A DNA stretch of 63,969 nt, filler included, from an uncultured bacterium (GTDB lineage: Bacteria > Hinthialibacterota > Hinthialibacteria > Hinthialibacterales > Hinthialibacteraceae): the NCBI GenBank assembly GCA_964449065.1. It is 3 parts of 3 records of this genome, joined end to end, with 100 filler letters (N's around TTAATTAATTAA, not from the genome) between each part and the next. Parts side by side here need not be neighbours in the genome. Positions count along the whole stretch, not along the records: positions 1 to 24,422 come from CAYVAZ010000030.1; 2 more parts are not named here. One strand, written 5' to 3'. Position 1 is the stretch's first letter, and every line of letters starts with the position of its first letter. The position numbers and the translations under genes were made by a program. Positions 1 through 9,471 of the stretch are shown in pieces. The notes under the pieces were generated by a model. That model was given only the letters and a program-made list of their open reading frames with translations. It was not told the DNA's origin and searched no databases.

Positions 1-68
1 TTATTAAGGGGGGTAGGGGGGATTAAAGACGATCTCTTTCTATCTACGCAAACCTGAATTGCTCTAGT
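1..68. repeat. Dispersed repeat family A (CCCCTT-n-AAGGGG hairpin repeat; end ...CCTGAATTGCTCTA), partial copy at window edge
   Basis: Nearly identical to 7744-7799; a reverse-orientation copy of the end is at 19195-19232. Confidence 0.8.
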
Positions 69-230
69 AGGGATTATTTCTTCTTCCGTTTTTGCACCGT
101 ATCGTAATCGGCCAATTTATCCTTGAACTGCTTTTATGGATTGTATCACATTTTTTACATTACCGGAAAGAATGTGTTTGAATTTCCACGAAATCAAATA
201 ATTCAATTCATAAAATGAAGCGTCGGCGAT

Positions 231-262
231 AAAAAAAGGGAAACTGCATTCCGTTTCCCTTT
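231..262 (-). terminator. Intrinsic terminator downstream of lpdA
   Basis: AAAGGGAAAC-8nt-GTTTCCCTTT stem with a T run on the minus strand, about 30 nt after the lpdA stop. Confidence 0.75.
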
Positions 263-293
263 ACAATATCGAATTTGGTTGAAACCGTCAAAA

Positions 294-1715
294 CTATTTC
301 TTCTTGCGTGATAAGTGATGAGTGGAAGTCCCATAGAACGACTCGGCGCATTCCATCATCGTTTCAGATAGGGTTGGGTGCGGATGAATGGTTTCGGCAA
401 TGTCTTCCGCCGTGGCGCCCATTTCTATAGCCAGCATACATTCACTGATAAGTTCTCCCGCGCCCACGCCGACAATGCCGGCGCCGAGGATTCGTTCGGT
501 ACCCGGTTCGAGGATGAACTTGGTCATGCCGTCGGGGCGGTCAAAACTGATCGCGCGGCCGGATGCCGACCAGGGGAATTTAGCGACTTCATATTCGATC
601 CCTTTTTCTTTCGCTTCGTTTTCGGTTAATCCACACCAGGCCAGTTCAGGGTCGGTGAACACGACGGCCGGTACAATAATATTCTCAGCGGAGGCAATGT
701 CGCCAAGAATAACATCAACCGCGATGCGGCCTTCTTTATGCGCTTTGTGCGCCAGCATGGCCCCGCCTATGACATCACCGATGGCATAGATTTTCGGGTC
801 GGAGGTTTGCTGTTTGTTGTTGACTTTAATAAAACCTTTTTGGTCGGTTTGGACTTTGGTGTTTTTGAGTCCCAAGTCATTGCAGTTGGGGGTGCGGCCG
901 ACGCAAACCAGTACTTTATCGTATTGTTCTTCGATTGGATCTTGGCCTTCGGGCTGCATGTTCACTTTAATCTTCTTGCCGCTGGTGGCCATTTTGGTAA
1001 CTTTGGTGTTAAAGCGGATTTCCTTCATCATCTTTCCGGCGTGGTCTTCCACATACTTCACCAAGTCACGGTCGGCTCCACCCAGCATGTGTTGGAAGGC
1101 TTCCACTACAACCACATCACTGCCCAAGGTGGCGTATACGATCCCCAGTTCCATGCCAATGTAACCCGCGCCGATGATGAGCAGGTCTTTTGGGATTTCT
1201 TCCAGTTCCAACGCTTCGTCGGAAGTCATAACGCGTTTGTTGCCTAAATCAAACACAGAGGGCAAAGCCGGAACCGAACCCGTGGCGATGATGGCTTGCT
1301 GGTATTTGATGAACTTTTGGCCTTCTTCGGTTTCCACGCGTAACGTGTCGGAATCTTCAAAATGGCCTTTGCCGTACATGGTTTCAACTTTTTTTCCTTT
1401 GGCGAGACCGTTGACGCCGCCGGCCAGTTGATCGACGATGGATTCTTTCCAGTCACGCATTTTTTTAACGTCGATCTTGGGCTCGGAATACGTGATGCCG
1501 CGGTGAGAGGATTCACGGGCAATGGCAATTTGATGAGCCGCATACAAATAGGCTTTGGAGGGAATGCAGCCGCGCAGCAAGCAGGTTCCGCCCATGCGGG
1601 GTTCGCGTTCCACCAATATAACTTTTTTTCCTTTATCGGCGGCGTAGAAGGCCGCGGCGTATCCGCCCGGTCCGGCACCGACTACCACAATATCTGTTTG
1701 AATAGGCTCTACCAT
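294..1715 (-). CDS. lpdA: Dihydrolipoyl dehydrogenase (E3)
   Basis: GAGPGG FAD motif, redox-active GGTCLLRGCIPSK, GAGYIG NAD motif, HPHPTLSE. Confidence 0.96.
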   Translation of the reverse strand: MVEPIQTDIVVVGAGPGGYAAAFYAADKGKKVILVEREPRMGGTCLLRGCIPSKAYLYAAHQIAIARESSHRGITYSEPKIDVKKMRDWKESIVDQLAGGVNGLAKGKKVETMYGKGHFEDSDTLRVETEEGQKFIKYQQAIIATGSVPALPSVFDLGNKRVMTSDEALELEEIPKDLLIIGAGYIGMELGIVYATLGSDVVVVEAFQHMLGGADRDLVKYVEDHAGKMMKEIRFNTKVTKMATSGKKIKVNMQPEGQDPIEEQYDKVLVCVGRTPNCNDLGLKNTKVQTDQKGFIKVNNKQQTSDPKIYAIGDVIGGAMLAHKAHKEGRIAVDVILGDIASAENIIVPAVVFTDPELAWCGLTENEAKEKGIEYEVAKFPWSASGRAISFDRPDGMTKFILEPGTERILGAGIVGVGAGELISECMLAIEMGATAEDIAETIHPHPTLSETMMECAESFYGTSTHHLSRKKK

Positions 1716-1721
1716 AATCGA

Positions 1722-3470
1722 TTACTTTCCGCCTTTTTTGCTGGATGATTTGTCGGATGATGATTTGCCGCTTGAAGACAACTTGATATCATCTTCGGTC
1801 ACGGATTCAAATCCCTTCACCAATTCGGTGATAAAGCGCGCGCCGTCCGCGCCGTCGATGATGCGGTGATCGTACGAAACACATAACGGCAGCATGCTGC
1901 GCGCTTCGAGTTTGTCATTTCCGTTGTAAACCGGACGGACAACGCCTTTGCCCATACCCAGGATGGCGGCATCCGGTTTTTTGACGATGGGTGTAAAGAA
2001 GGTGCCGCCAATACCACCCAGGTTGGATATGGTAAAGGTGCTGCCTTCCATATCTTCGCCGCTGAGTTTGCGGTCGCGGGCTTTTTCGGCGACTGTGCCG
2101 AGTTCCTTGGCGATGACGAACAAGTCTTTTTTATCCGCGTCACGGATGACGGGGACGACAAGACCCGCATCGGTATCAACCGCGATACCGATGTTGTAGT
2201 AACTTTTATACACAATTTCTTCTTTCACTTCATCCAAACTGGCGTTGAACATGGGAAAGTCTTGCAGGGTTTGGGCGACTACTTTTACGGTGATCGCAGT
2301 TAGGGTCAGGCCTGCGCCTTCTTTTTTGTAGGCTTCTTTATGCTTGCCGCGCAGTTCCATCAAATGGGTGATGTCGGCTTCATCCATTTGGTACACATGC
2401 GGAATGGTTGACCACGCTTCATGCATCCGCTTGCCGATGGTTTTGCGTATGGAGGAGTAGGGTTTGGAGTTCACCGGCCCCCATTTTGAGAAGTCGATGG
2501 ATTGCGGTTTGTAACTCGATGGTGCCGGAGACTGTTGCGCAGAAGGCTGCTGCTGTTGAACCTGACCGGAAAACACCAAACGCTGCAATTCTTGAATGTG
2601 GCTCTTCACATCATTCAAAACAATGCGGCCGCCGCGTTCGGAGCCGCGTATGCGGGTTAAATCCAAACCGATTTCCGCGGCTAAGCGTCGAACCGAAGGC
2701 GATGCCGGGGGCGGATAACCAGCGAGCGATTTGTATTGGTAATCCATGCTGGGAGGGGCACCGGTTTGCTGCGGTGTTTGCGCGTACTGTGGTGAACTGG
2801 GTTGTGACGGCTGCGAAGGCTGTGAGGGCTGCTCTTCAACCGCTTCTTCTTCAGCGGCTCCCCCCCCCAGGGTGAAGATCTTTTGGCCAACGTTAACCGT
2901 ATCGCCCTCTTTGACATAAATGGCGGATATGGTTCCCGCTTCGGGTGAAGGGATGGGGGCCACGGCCTTTTCGTTTTCGATTTCCAGAACGGATTGCTCG
3001 GCTTCAACTTCATCGCCAACGCTAACCAAGATTGAGGTTACGGTTCCGGAATCAGCCCCTTCACCGAGTTGCGGTAGTGTGATGTCTTTTCCGCCGCTGC
3101 TTTTTTTCTTTTGGGGTTGAGATTTTTGCTGCGGCTGTTGTTTTTGGGTAGATGATTGTTGTTCTTGCTTTGCCGGACTATCTTGCTGTGATCCACCTTG
3201 CTGTGATCCACCTTGCTGTGATCCACCTTGCTCACCACCGCCTTCACCGATCGAGATCAGTTTTTGGCCAACGTTCACCGTATCACCCTCTTTGACATGG
3301 ATGGCCGAGACCGTTCCGCTTTCCGGTGCGGGAATAGGGGCGACGGCTTTTTCGTTTTCGACTTCGAGGATGGTTTGATCGGCTTGTATTTCATCGCCGA
3401 CGCTGACCAGGACAGACACAACTGTTCCGGAATCAGCGCCTTCCGCTAATTGTGGTAATGTCACTTCCAT
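1722..3470 (-). CDS. aceF: Dihydrolipoamide acetyltransferase (E2) with two lipoyl domains
   Basis: Two lipoyl domains (ENEKAVAPIP), E3-binding ASPSVRRLA, catalytic DHRIIDG; lies between E1 and E3. Confidence 0.93.
   Translation of the reverse strand: MEVTLPQLAEGADSGTVVSVLVSVGDEIQADQTILEVENEKAVAPIPAPESGTVSAIHVKEGDTVNVGQKLISIGEGGGEQGGSQQGGSQQGGSQQDSPAKQEQQSSTQKQQPQQKSQPQKKKSSGGKDITLPQLGEGADSGTVTSILVSVGDEVEAEQSVLEIENEKAVAPIPSPEAGTISAIYVKEGDTVNVGQKIFTLGGGAAEEEAVEEQPSQPSQPSQPSSPQYAQTPQQTGAPPSMDYQYKSLAGYPPPASPSVRRLAAEIGLDLTRIRGSERGGRIVLNDVKSHIQELQRLVFSGQVQQQQPSAQQSPAPSSYKPQSIDFSKWGPVNSKPYSSIRKTIGKRMHEAWSTIPHVYQMDEADITHLMELRGKHKEAYKKEGAGLTLTAITVKVVAQTLQDFPMFNASLDEVKEEIVYKSYYNIGIAVDTDAGLVVPVIRDADKKDLFVIAKELGTVAEKARDRKLSGEDMEGSTFTISNLGGIGGTFFTPIVKKPDAAILGMGKGVVRPVYNGNDKLEARSMLPLCVSYDHRIIDGADGARFITELVKGFESVTEDDIKLSSSGKSSSDKSSSKKGGK
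3182..3230. repeat. 15-bp coding tandem repeat (GGSQQ x3) in the E2 linker
   Basis: CTTGCTGTGATCCAC repeated three times. Confidence 0.85.
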
Positions 3471-3535
3471 TCGATTGCCCTTTTTGCGAGCCTAAACGCT
3501 CTGTTCTTATGATTTCTGTTTCACAATCTAACGCA

Positions 3536-6211
3536 TTAAACAAGTTGAGGAAATACTTTATCCGGATTGACATCCAAATCTTTGATGGCTTGTGGTACCA
3601 ATTTTCTATCCACTTTACCTTGTTCAGCCAGTTGGTAAAGCGTTGCGATCACCGTGGTTTCGGCATCGATTTCAAAGAAGCGGCGCAGGTTTTCACGGGT
3701 ATCGCTGCGGCCGAAACCGTCGGTGCCCAAGCTCATCAGTCCTCCAGGAACCCAGGGGGCGATTTGATCGGGCACCAGTTTGATGTTATCGGAAACGGCG
3801 ATAAATGCGCCTTCCTCGTTTTCCAAAGTTTCCTCGAGATACGATTTTTTGGGTTTGGTTTTTTGATTAAACATGTTCCATCGTTTGCACTTCAGAGCGT
3901 CGTTGCGGAGTTGTTTATAACTCGTGACGCTCCACACATCGGCGGAGACACCGTACTTATCCGCTAAAATTTCTTGCGCTTTGAGGGCGGAAAGAATGAT
4001 CGGCCCGCTGCCGAGGAGATGGGCTTTTTCGCCTTTTTGGGGACCGGGCTTGAACTTGTACATCCCTTTTAAGATGCCTTCTTCTACACCTTCACCTTCC
4101 GGCATAGGGGGCATGGCGTAGTTTTCGTTGTACACGGAGAGGTAATAAAAGATATCTTCGCCATCTTTGTACATCCGGCGGATACCGTCTTTGATGATGA
4201 GGGCCAATTCAAACGCAAAGGCCGGATCATAAGCCACTAACGTTGGGATGGCGGACGCGCAGAGATGACTATGGCCATCCTGGTGCTGAAGGCCTTCGCC
4301 GTTGAGAGTGGTGCGGCCGGATGTACCGCCCAATAAAAACCCGCGGGTGCGGCTGTCGCCCGCCAGCCAGAATAAATCGCCGACTCGCTGATAGCCGAAC
4401 ATGGAATAGTAGATATAAAACGGAATCATGTATTGGTTTAAGTTGGTATGCGCGGTTCCGGCAGCGATGAAGGATGACATGGCACCGGCTTCGTTGATGC
4501 CTTCTTCCAAGATTTGGCCGTCCGCTTCCTCGCGGTAATAGAGCAGGCTTTCTTGATCCACGGTTTCATACAATTGACCCTGCGGCGCATAGATGCCGAT
4601 TTGGCGGAAGAGGCCGTCCATCCCAAAGGTGCGGGCTTCATCCGGTATGATGGGGACGACCAGTTTGCCCATTTCCTTATCTTGCAGCAATTTGGTGAGT
4701 ACGCGAACGAATACCATTGTGGTGGAGGCTTCTTGTTTGCCGGAACCACTCTTGAATTCATCAAAGAGGTCCGGTTTTGGCGGTTTGATGGGTTTGGCGG
4801 TTATTTTTCGTTCGGGTAAGAAGCCGCCAAGTTCTTTGCGGCGTTCGAACAGATATTGGATTTCTTTGCTGTCTTTCGGCGGCCGGTAGAACGGGGTTTC
4901 CGCGATCTCTTCATCGCTGATCGGAATATCGAAGCGGTCGCGGAAGGAACGCAGTTCGCGCTCGTTCATTTTCTTTTGTTGATGAGTGATGTTGCGGCCC
5001 TCACCGGCTTCGCCCAATCCATAGCCTTTGATGGTTTTCGCTAAGATCACGGTCGGTTGCCCTTTGTGTGCCAACGCTTGTTGATAGGCGGCATAGACTT
5101 TTACTGGATCATGACCGCCGCGCAAAAGCTTGTGAATTTGATCATCCGTTAAGTGGTTGACCATTTCGTGCAGTTTGGGATATTTGCCGAAGAAATGCTT
5201 GCGGGCATAGCTGCCGGACTCAACCGAAAATTTTTGGAAAGAGCCGTCAACCACTTCGTTCATCCGTTTCATCAAGAGGCCGTCTTCATCGGCTTCCAGC
5301 AACGGATCCCAGTTGGACCCCCAGATGACTTTGATGACGTTCCAGCCGGCACCGCGAAAGACAGACTCGAGTTCTTGAATGATCTTGCCGTTGCCGCGTA
5401 CCGGACCATCCAGACGCTGCAAGTTGCAGTTGACGATCCAGGTGAGGTTATCGAGTTTGTCTCTTCCCGCAAGCGATAACGCGCCCAGGGTTTCCGGCTC
5501 ATCGGATTCGCCGTCGCCGACAAAGCAATAAACATGCGGTTCGTGTTTTAAGATTCCGCGGGCCTGCATATAGCGCGTAAAGCGGGCTTGGTAGATGGAG
5601 GCAATCGGACCCAATCCCATCGAAACCGTAGGGAACTGCCAGTAATCCGGCATTAAATAGGGGTGCGGATAGGAGGATAATCCACCGCCTTCCGCCAATT
5701 CCTGGCGGAAATTGTGTAACTTTTCCGCCTCCATGCGGTATTCGACATACGAACGGGCGTAGTTTCCGGGAGAGGCATGGCCTTGGAAATAAACCAAATC
5801 AGCCAGTGTGTTTTCATCTCCCCCGCGAAAGATGTGGTTGAATCCGACTTCATACAAGGTCGCGAGAGATTGATAAGTGGAAATGTGCCCGCCGATCCCG
5901 GGTTTTTCGCGGTTGGCTTTGACGACCATCGCCATGGCGTTCCAGCGGATAATGCTTTTGATTTTGCGTTCCATTTCGCGGTCGCCGGGGTATTCCGGCT
6001 CATCGGCACGGGGAATGGTATTGATATAGGGGGTACTGACGGTCGGCGGCACTTCAATCGAGGCTTTACGCAGACGGTCGATCAGGCTGTTGGCGACATA
6101 AGACGCACGTACAGGTTCGGCATCGCGCAGGGCGTGTTCATACAAATACTCTAGCGCGTTATACCAATCTAAATCTTCTGTAGTCATATCGGGCTGTTTA
6201 AATACCGGCAC
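3536..6211 (-). CDS. aceE: Pyruvate dehydrogenase E1, homodimeric type
   Basis: GGHIST, FQGHASPG, TPP motif GDGESDEPE...NCNLQRLDGP, GEGLQHQDG; GTG start. Confidence 0.96.
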   Translation of the reverse strand: MPVFKQPDMTTEDLDWYNALEYLYEHALRDAEPVRASYVANSLIDRLRKASIEVPPTVSTPYINTIPRADEPEYPGDREMERKIKSIIRWNAMAMVVKANREKPGIGGHISTYQSLATLYEVGFNHIFRGGDENTLADLVYFQGHASPGNYARSYVEYRMEAEKLHNFRQELAEGGGLSSYPHPYLMPDYWQFPTVSMGLGPIASIYQARFTRYMQARGILKHEPHVYCFVGDGESDEPETLGALSLAGRDKLDNLTWIVNCNLQRLDGPVRGNGKIIQELESVFRGAGWNVIKVIWGSNWDPLLEADEDGLLMKRMNEVVDGSFQKFSVESGSYARKHFFGKYPKLHEMVNHLTDDQIHKLLRGGHDPVKVYAAYQQALAHKGQPTVILAKTIKGYGLGEAGEGRNITHQQKKMNERELRSFRDRFDIPISDEEIAETPFYRPPKDSKEIQYLFERRKELGGFLPERKITAKPIKPPKPDLFDEFKSGSGKQEASTTMVFVRVLTKLLQDKEMGKLVVPIIPDEARTFGMDGLFRQIGIYAPQGQLYETVDQESLLYYREEADGQILEEGINEAGAMSSFIAAGTAHTNLNQYMIPFYIYYSMFGYQRVGDLFWLAGDSRTRGFLLGGTSGRTTLNGEGLQHQDGHSHLCASAIPTLVAYDPAFAFELALIIKDGIRRMYKDGEDIFYYLSVYNENYAMPPMPEGEGVEEGILKGMYKFKPGPQKGEKAHLLGSGPIILSALKAQEILADKYGVSADVWSVTSYKQLRNDALKCKRWNMFNQKTKPKKSYLEETLENEEGAFIAVSDNIKLVPDQIAPWVPGGLMSLGTDGFGRSDTRENLRRFFEIDAETTVIATLYQLAEQGKVDRKLVPQAIKDLDVNPDKVFPQLV

Positions 6212-6474
6212 GTGACTTCTCCTCTGTTATGAGCTGGAATTCTGATTATAACCAAATCATTGAAAAACGTAATTCATGATCATCCAATTTGTGAGGCCAT
6301 GCGCATGAATGAGTGTTTATCCGTTGGGATGATGGTGTTTCCGAATTGTTTGGATACAATAGATCAGCACGTTTTTTGTTTCATTTGCAGACCGCTCGAT
6401 TGTACCTTAAAGTGGGTGGACAGAACACCCTGATACACCGTTAGAATCTTATTAAAAAAAGGCAAAGACCCGCC

Positions 6475-7194
6475 GTGAAATTGCTGGAAAAGACGTATGA
6501 CACCCCCGAAGAAAATTTGGCCTGCGATGAAGCGCTGCTGCTGGATTTGGAAGAGAACGGGGGAGAGGAGGTTTTGCGTTTCTGGGAGCCGGAGACCTAT
6601 TTTGTAGTGCTGGGCCATGCGAATAAAGTTGATTTGGAAGTCAATCGAAGAACTTGTGATGAGAAGGACATCCCCATTTACCGGCGGTTTAGCGGTGGGG
6701 GAACAGTGGTGAACGGGCCGGGATGTATGAGTTTTTCGCTGCTTTTGGAGATGGAGAATCATAACCGGCTGCTCTCTATACAAGAGACCAACCGGTATGT
6801 GCTTGCGCGCATCGCTTCTGCGTTGCAGCCTTTGGTGAAGAATACCATCGCACTGGAGGGGACATCCGATCTAACCATCAATGGGAAAAAATTTTCGGGC
6901 AACGCGCAGCACCGCAAACAGCGGTATGTGCTTTTTCATGGAACAATCCTGTATGATTTTGATTTACCGTTGATTAATGAACTGCTGCGGCAGCCCACCC
7001 GCCAGCCGGACTACCGCCAAAACCGGAAGCATCATGAATTTGTGATGAATTTTCCCGCGGAAAAAAAAAGGATAGGTAAGGCCATTCAAAGCGAATGGAA
7101 CGCGGATGAACCATTGCCCGGATTTTCTCAAAAGCGAATAAATGAGTTAGTTGATACTAGGTATTCGCAATATTCCTGGAATTTTAAATTCTAA
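6475..7194 (+). CDS. Lipoate-protein ligase family protein (catalytic domain only)
   Basis: RRFSGGGTV, KKFSGNAQ, HGTILYD; divergent from the PDH operon; lacks the LplA C-terminal domain. Confidence 0.88.
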   Translation: MKLLEKTYDTPEENLACDEALLLDLEENGGEEVLRFWEPETYFVVLGHANKVDLEVNRRTCDEKDIPIYRRFSGGGTVVNGPGCMSFSLLLEMENHNRLLSIQETNRYVLARIASALQPLVKNTIALEGTSDLTINGKKFSGNAQHRKQRYVLFHGTILYDFDLPLINELLRQPTRQPDYRQNRKHHEFVMNFPAEKKRIGKAIQSEWNADEPLPGFSQKRINELVDTRYSQYSWNFKF

Positions 7195-7246
7195 CTCATG
7201 TTACGCAACGAAGAGATTGTCGTTGTTATCCTCCCTTATTAAGGGG

Positions 7247-7580
7247 CTACTCTCCGTACACAACCCGAAAGCATCGACTTCCAGCCGGTGCGTCAATCCG
7301 TCCAACTCAATGTAAATATACTTGAAAGAATCTGTCTGAACAATGTTTTTTAGGATGTCTGTTTTTTAGGAGGACGAGGCTCCCACCGGGCCAGGTTTTG
7401 GGAGGGCGAGGCTCCCGCCGAGCCAGCGGCACGCTTACCTTTCCCGACAATCCAAATAAAACCGATATGAAACCCAATGAACTAAAATTGCCCTCGTTGT
7501 TATTCGCGTGAATTGGCGTGTCCTCGCGGTTAAAAAACATGAAGCATTACAGATTAAAAATTTTTGTGTACGGAGAGCAG
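7247..7580. mobile_element. MITE, 334 bp, with IS50/Tn5-like (IS4 family) ends
   Basis: 17-bp TIRs CTACTCTCCGTACACAA / TTGTGTACGGAGAGCAG (1 mismatch); 10-bp TSD TATTAAGGGG at 7237-7246 and 7581-7590; no transposase. Confidence 0.88.
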
Positions 7581-7599
7581 TATTAAGGGGGGTAGGGGG

Positions 7600-7743
7600 C
7601 AATGTCATTGATTGAAGTAATCAACCTTGAATACGCAATATCTTCTCCCCCAAGTTGGGGGAGACACAGAGGGAGTTGTGAAGAACGCAATCACCTAATT
7701 CATCACACAAATCGCGCAGAATTTTATTAAGTCAATGGCATTG
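7600..7743. mobile_element. MITE, 144 bp, with IS4-like ends
   Basis: TIRs CAATGTCATTGA / TCAATGGCATTG; 10-bp TSD GGGTAGGGGG at 7590-7599 and 7744-7753; internal hairpin TCTCCCCCAA-g-TTGGGGGAGA. Confidence 0.86.
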
Positions 7744-7893
7744 GGGTAGGGGGATCAAAGACGATCTCTTTCTATTTACGCAAACCTGAATTGCTCTAGT
7801 GACTACCGAAACGGGTCTGAAGCTTGCAACAATCCCTGCCGTATAGAATTTCGCGTACCATCAGATTTTAATTGCTTCACATGAAGGAGACGC

Positions 7894-7922
7894 GTAGGGA
7901 CATAATTTAATATGCCCCTACA
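7894..7922. repeat. GTAG-type REP-like palindrome
   Basis: GTAGGGACATA...TATGCCCCTAC imperfect palindrome just after the pilin 3' end. Confidence 0.55.
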
Positions 7923-7928
7923 ACAACC

Positions 7929-8553
7929 TCAACCGCCAATCAACACCAAATCCCCGTTGGATATGATTCCATTGGAAACATCATAGCGCGCCGGGAGCCC
8001 TTCACCGGGCGCGTCATGGTCGCCATCGGGGCCATGACTTAAAAACAGAGAATTCGCGCTCCCGGCATTTTCACGCAGGATTTGCAAATAGGCATCAAAG
8101 CCTTGATCATCGCCGGCCGATCTTTTTTACATACTCCCGGGTGTAGTAGTGATAAAAACGGTTATCGGCGCCTTCTTCATGCTCGTGATCTTCTTCCGCC
8201 TGCAAGCCGGAGTTGAATGGATCATCCGGCAGGGATGACAAATAGGCCACCGGCTCGGTCAATACCGGCGTGGTTTTGGTTTCAAACCAAAAGACATTGG
8301 GAGAGTCGAACGGGATCAAATGCCCTTCGCCATCCGCTGGGAACGGCAATCCGTTCCAATCGACGCTATACGATTCCACCGCGGTCATGATGGAGCGCAT
8401 ATCGGCTTGGGCGCGCGCGATCTTCGCTTTGGTCAACGCCCCCAAAAAATTAGGGACGGCAATGCCGGCCAAAATGCCGATGATGGCGACGACAATTAAT
8501 AATTCGATCAAGGTAAAAGCGGAACGTTGTTTTGCTGTCATGTTTTGTTTCAT
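7929..8553 (-). pseudogene. Prepilin-type (GspG-like) protein, frameshifted at an A6 run (8123-8128)
   Basis: AFTLIELLIVVAIIG N-terminus; removing one A restores ...LSHGPDGDHD...YDVSNGIISNGDLVLIGG*, the family C-terminal motif, ending at TGA 7929-7931. Confidence 0.82.
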
Positions 8554-8583
8554 TTTTTTTCCTTTATTGGTTAGAAAAATATG

Positions 8584-8611
8584 GATAACTTCTCATTTGC
8601 GAGAAGTTATC
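8584..8611. promoter_or_regulatory. Perfect 11-6-11 inverted repeat upstream of the pilin gene
   Basis: GATAACTTCTC-ATTTGC-GAGAAGTTATC about 30 nt before the ATG at 8553; either an operator or an RNA hairpin. Confidence 0.4.
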
Positions 8612-8863
8612 ACGCGGATATACCAAAACATGAGTGATACGATTTTATGAAGAGAACGATGAGAATGGACCGGTGTATACCAACCGGCAATGAGAATGGC
8701 AATACAATGATCGTCGATGGTCCTGGTGGGTTTCGCTTCGCTCAAAACCACCCTGTTTGATCACGCTATTTTACGCGTACCATATCACTCACGGTTTAAA
8801 TGCGTCTTGGTATTACCACCGGCTGCGATGAGTGATGCAATCGCGAAACGCAGCGCAATCCAA

Positions 8864-9463
8864 TTACCGAAACGCACCGGAACCGATCCGTGTATCTTTT
8901 GGCAGAACAAATTCCATGCCCTTTTCGGATAAATAAATATCGCCCCGGCTGATGATGCCGTTGGAGGAATGATAACGGGTATAGCCTTGATACTCCTGAT
9001 CCGGTCCGACCGAAATAATCCGCCATTCCCCAAACACTTCTACATCCACATCTGTCGCGGGGATATCCACATTGTCGCGGTCCCGGACCAGTTGCCCGAT
9101 ATCATGAAACCGGTACCGCTGAAACAGAGGGGTATGGTCAATGATACCAAACGGGTCTTCATCCACTTGAAAGTCATCAACCGGAAGCAATGACATATAC
9201 GCGACCGGTGTGGTTAAAAACGAGGGCAACCGGTAATGGCGAAACCCAACTCCAAAATCGGTCATCGGGGGGAGACGATTTTGATCCAAGCGGTATGTTT
9301 GAATCGAATTGGCAATGCTTTGAAATTCCGCCCGGGCAGCGGCCACCCGTGAGCGGGTCAGCGCGTTTAGAAAATTCGGCACGGCAATAGCGGCTAACAC
9401 ACCGATAATGGCCACCACAATCAGCAATTCAATGAGTGTAAATGCAGGACATTTTTTTGGCAT
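8864..9463 (-). CDS. Prepilin-type N-terminal cleavage/methylation (GspG-like) protein
   Basis: AFTLIELLIVVAIIGVLAAIAVPNF; LTTPVAY, SVGPD, YHSSNGIISRGDI; alternative GTG start at 9475. Confidence 0.9.
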   Translation of the reverse strand: MPKKCPAFTLIELLIVVAIIGVLAAIAVPNFLNALTRSRVAAARAEFQSIANSIQTYRLDQNRLPPMTDFGVGFRHYRLPSFLTTPVAYMSLLPVDDFQVDEDPFGIIDHTPLFQRYRFHDIGQLVRDRDNVDIPATDVDVEVFGEWRIISVGPDQEYQGYTRYHSSNGIISRGDIYLSEKGMEFVLPKDTRIGSGAFR

Positions 9464-9471
9464 AGGGTCTC

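Noticed and set aside
7307..7540. ORFs inside repeats (also 18922-19176, 26507-26698, and the 5' extensions at 16913 and 62896)
   Set aside because: They lie within MITE/REP sequence and have no protein motifs
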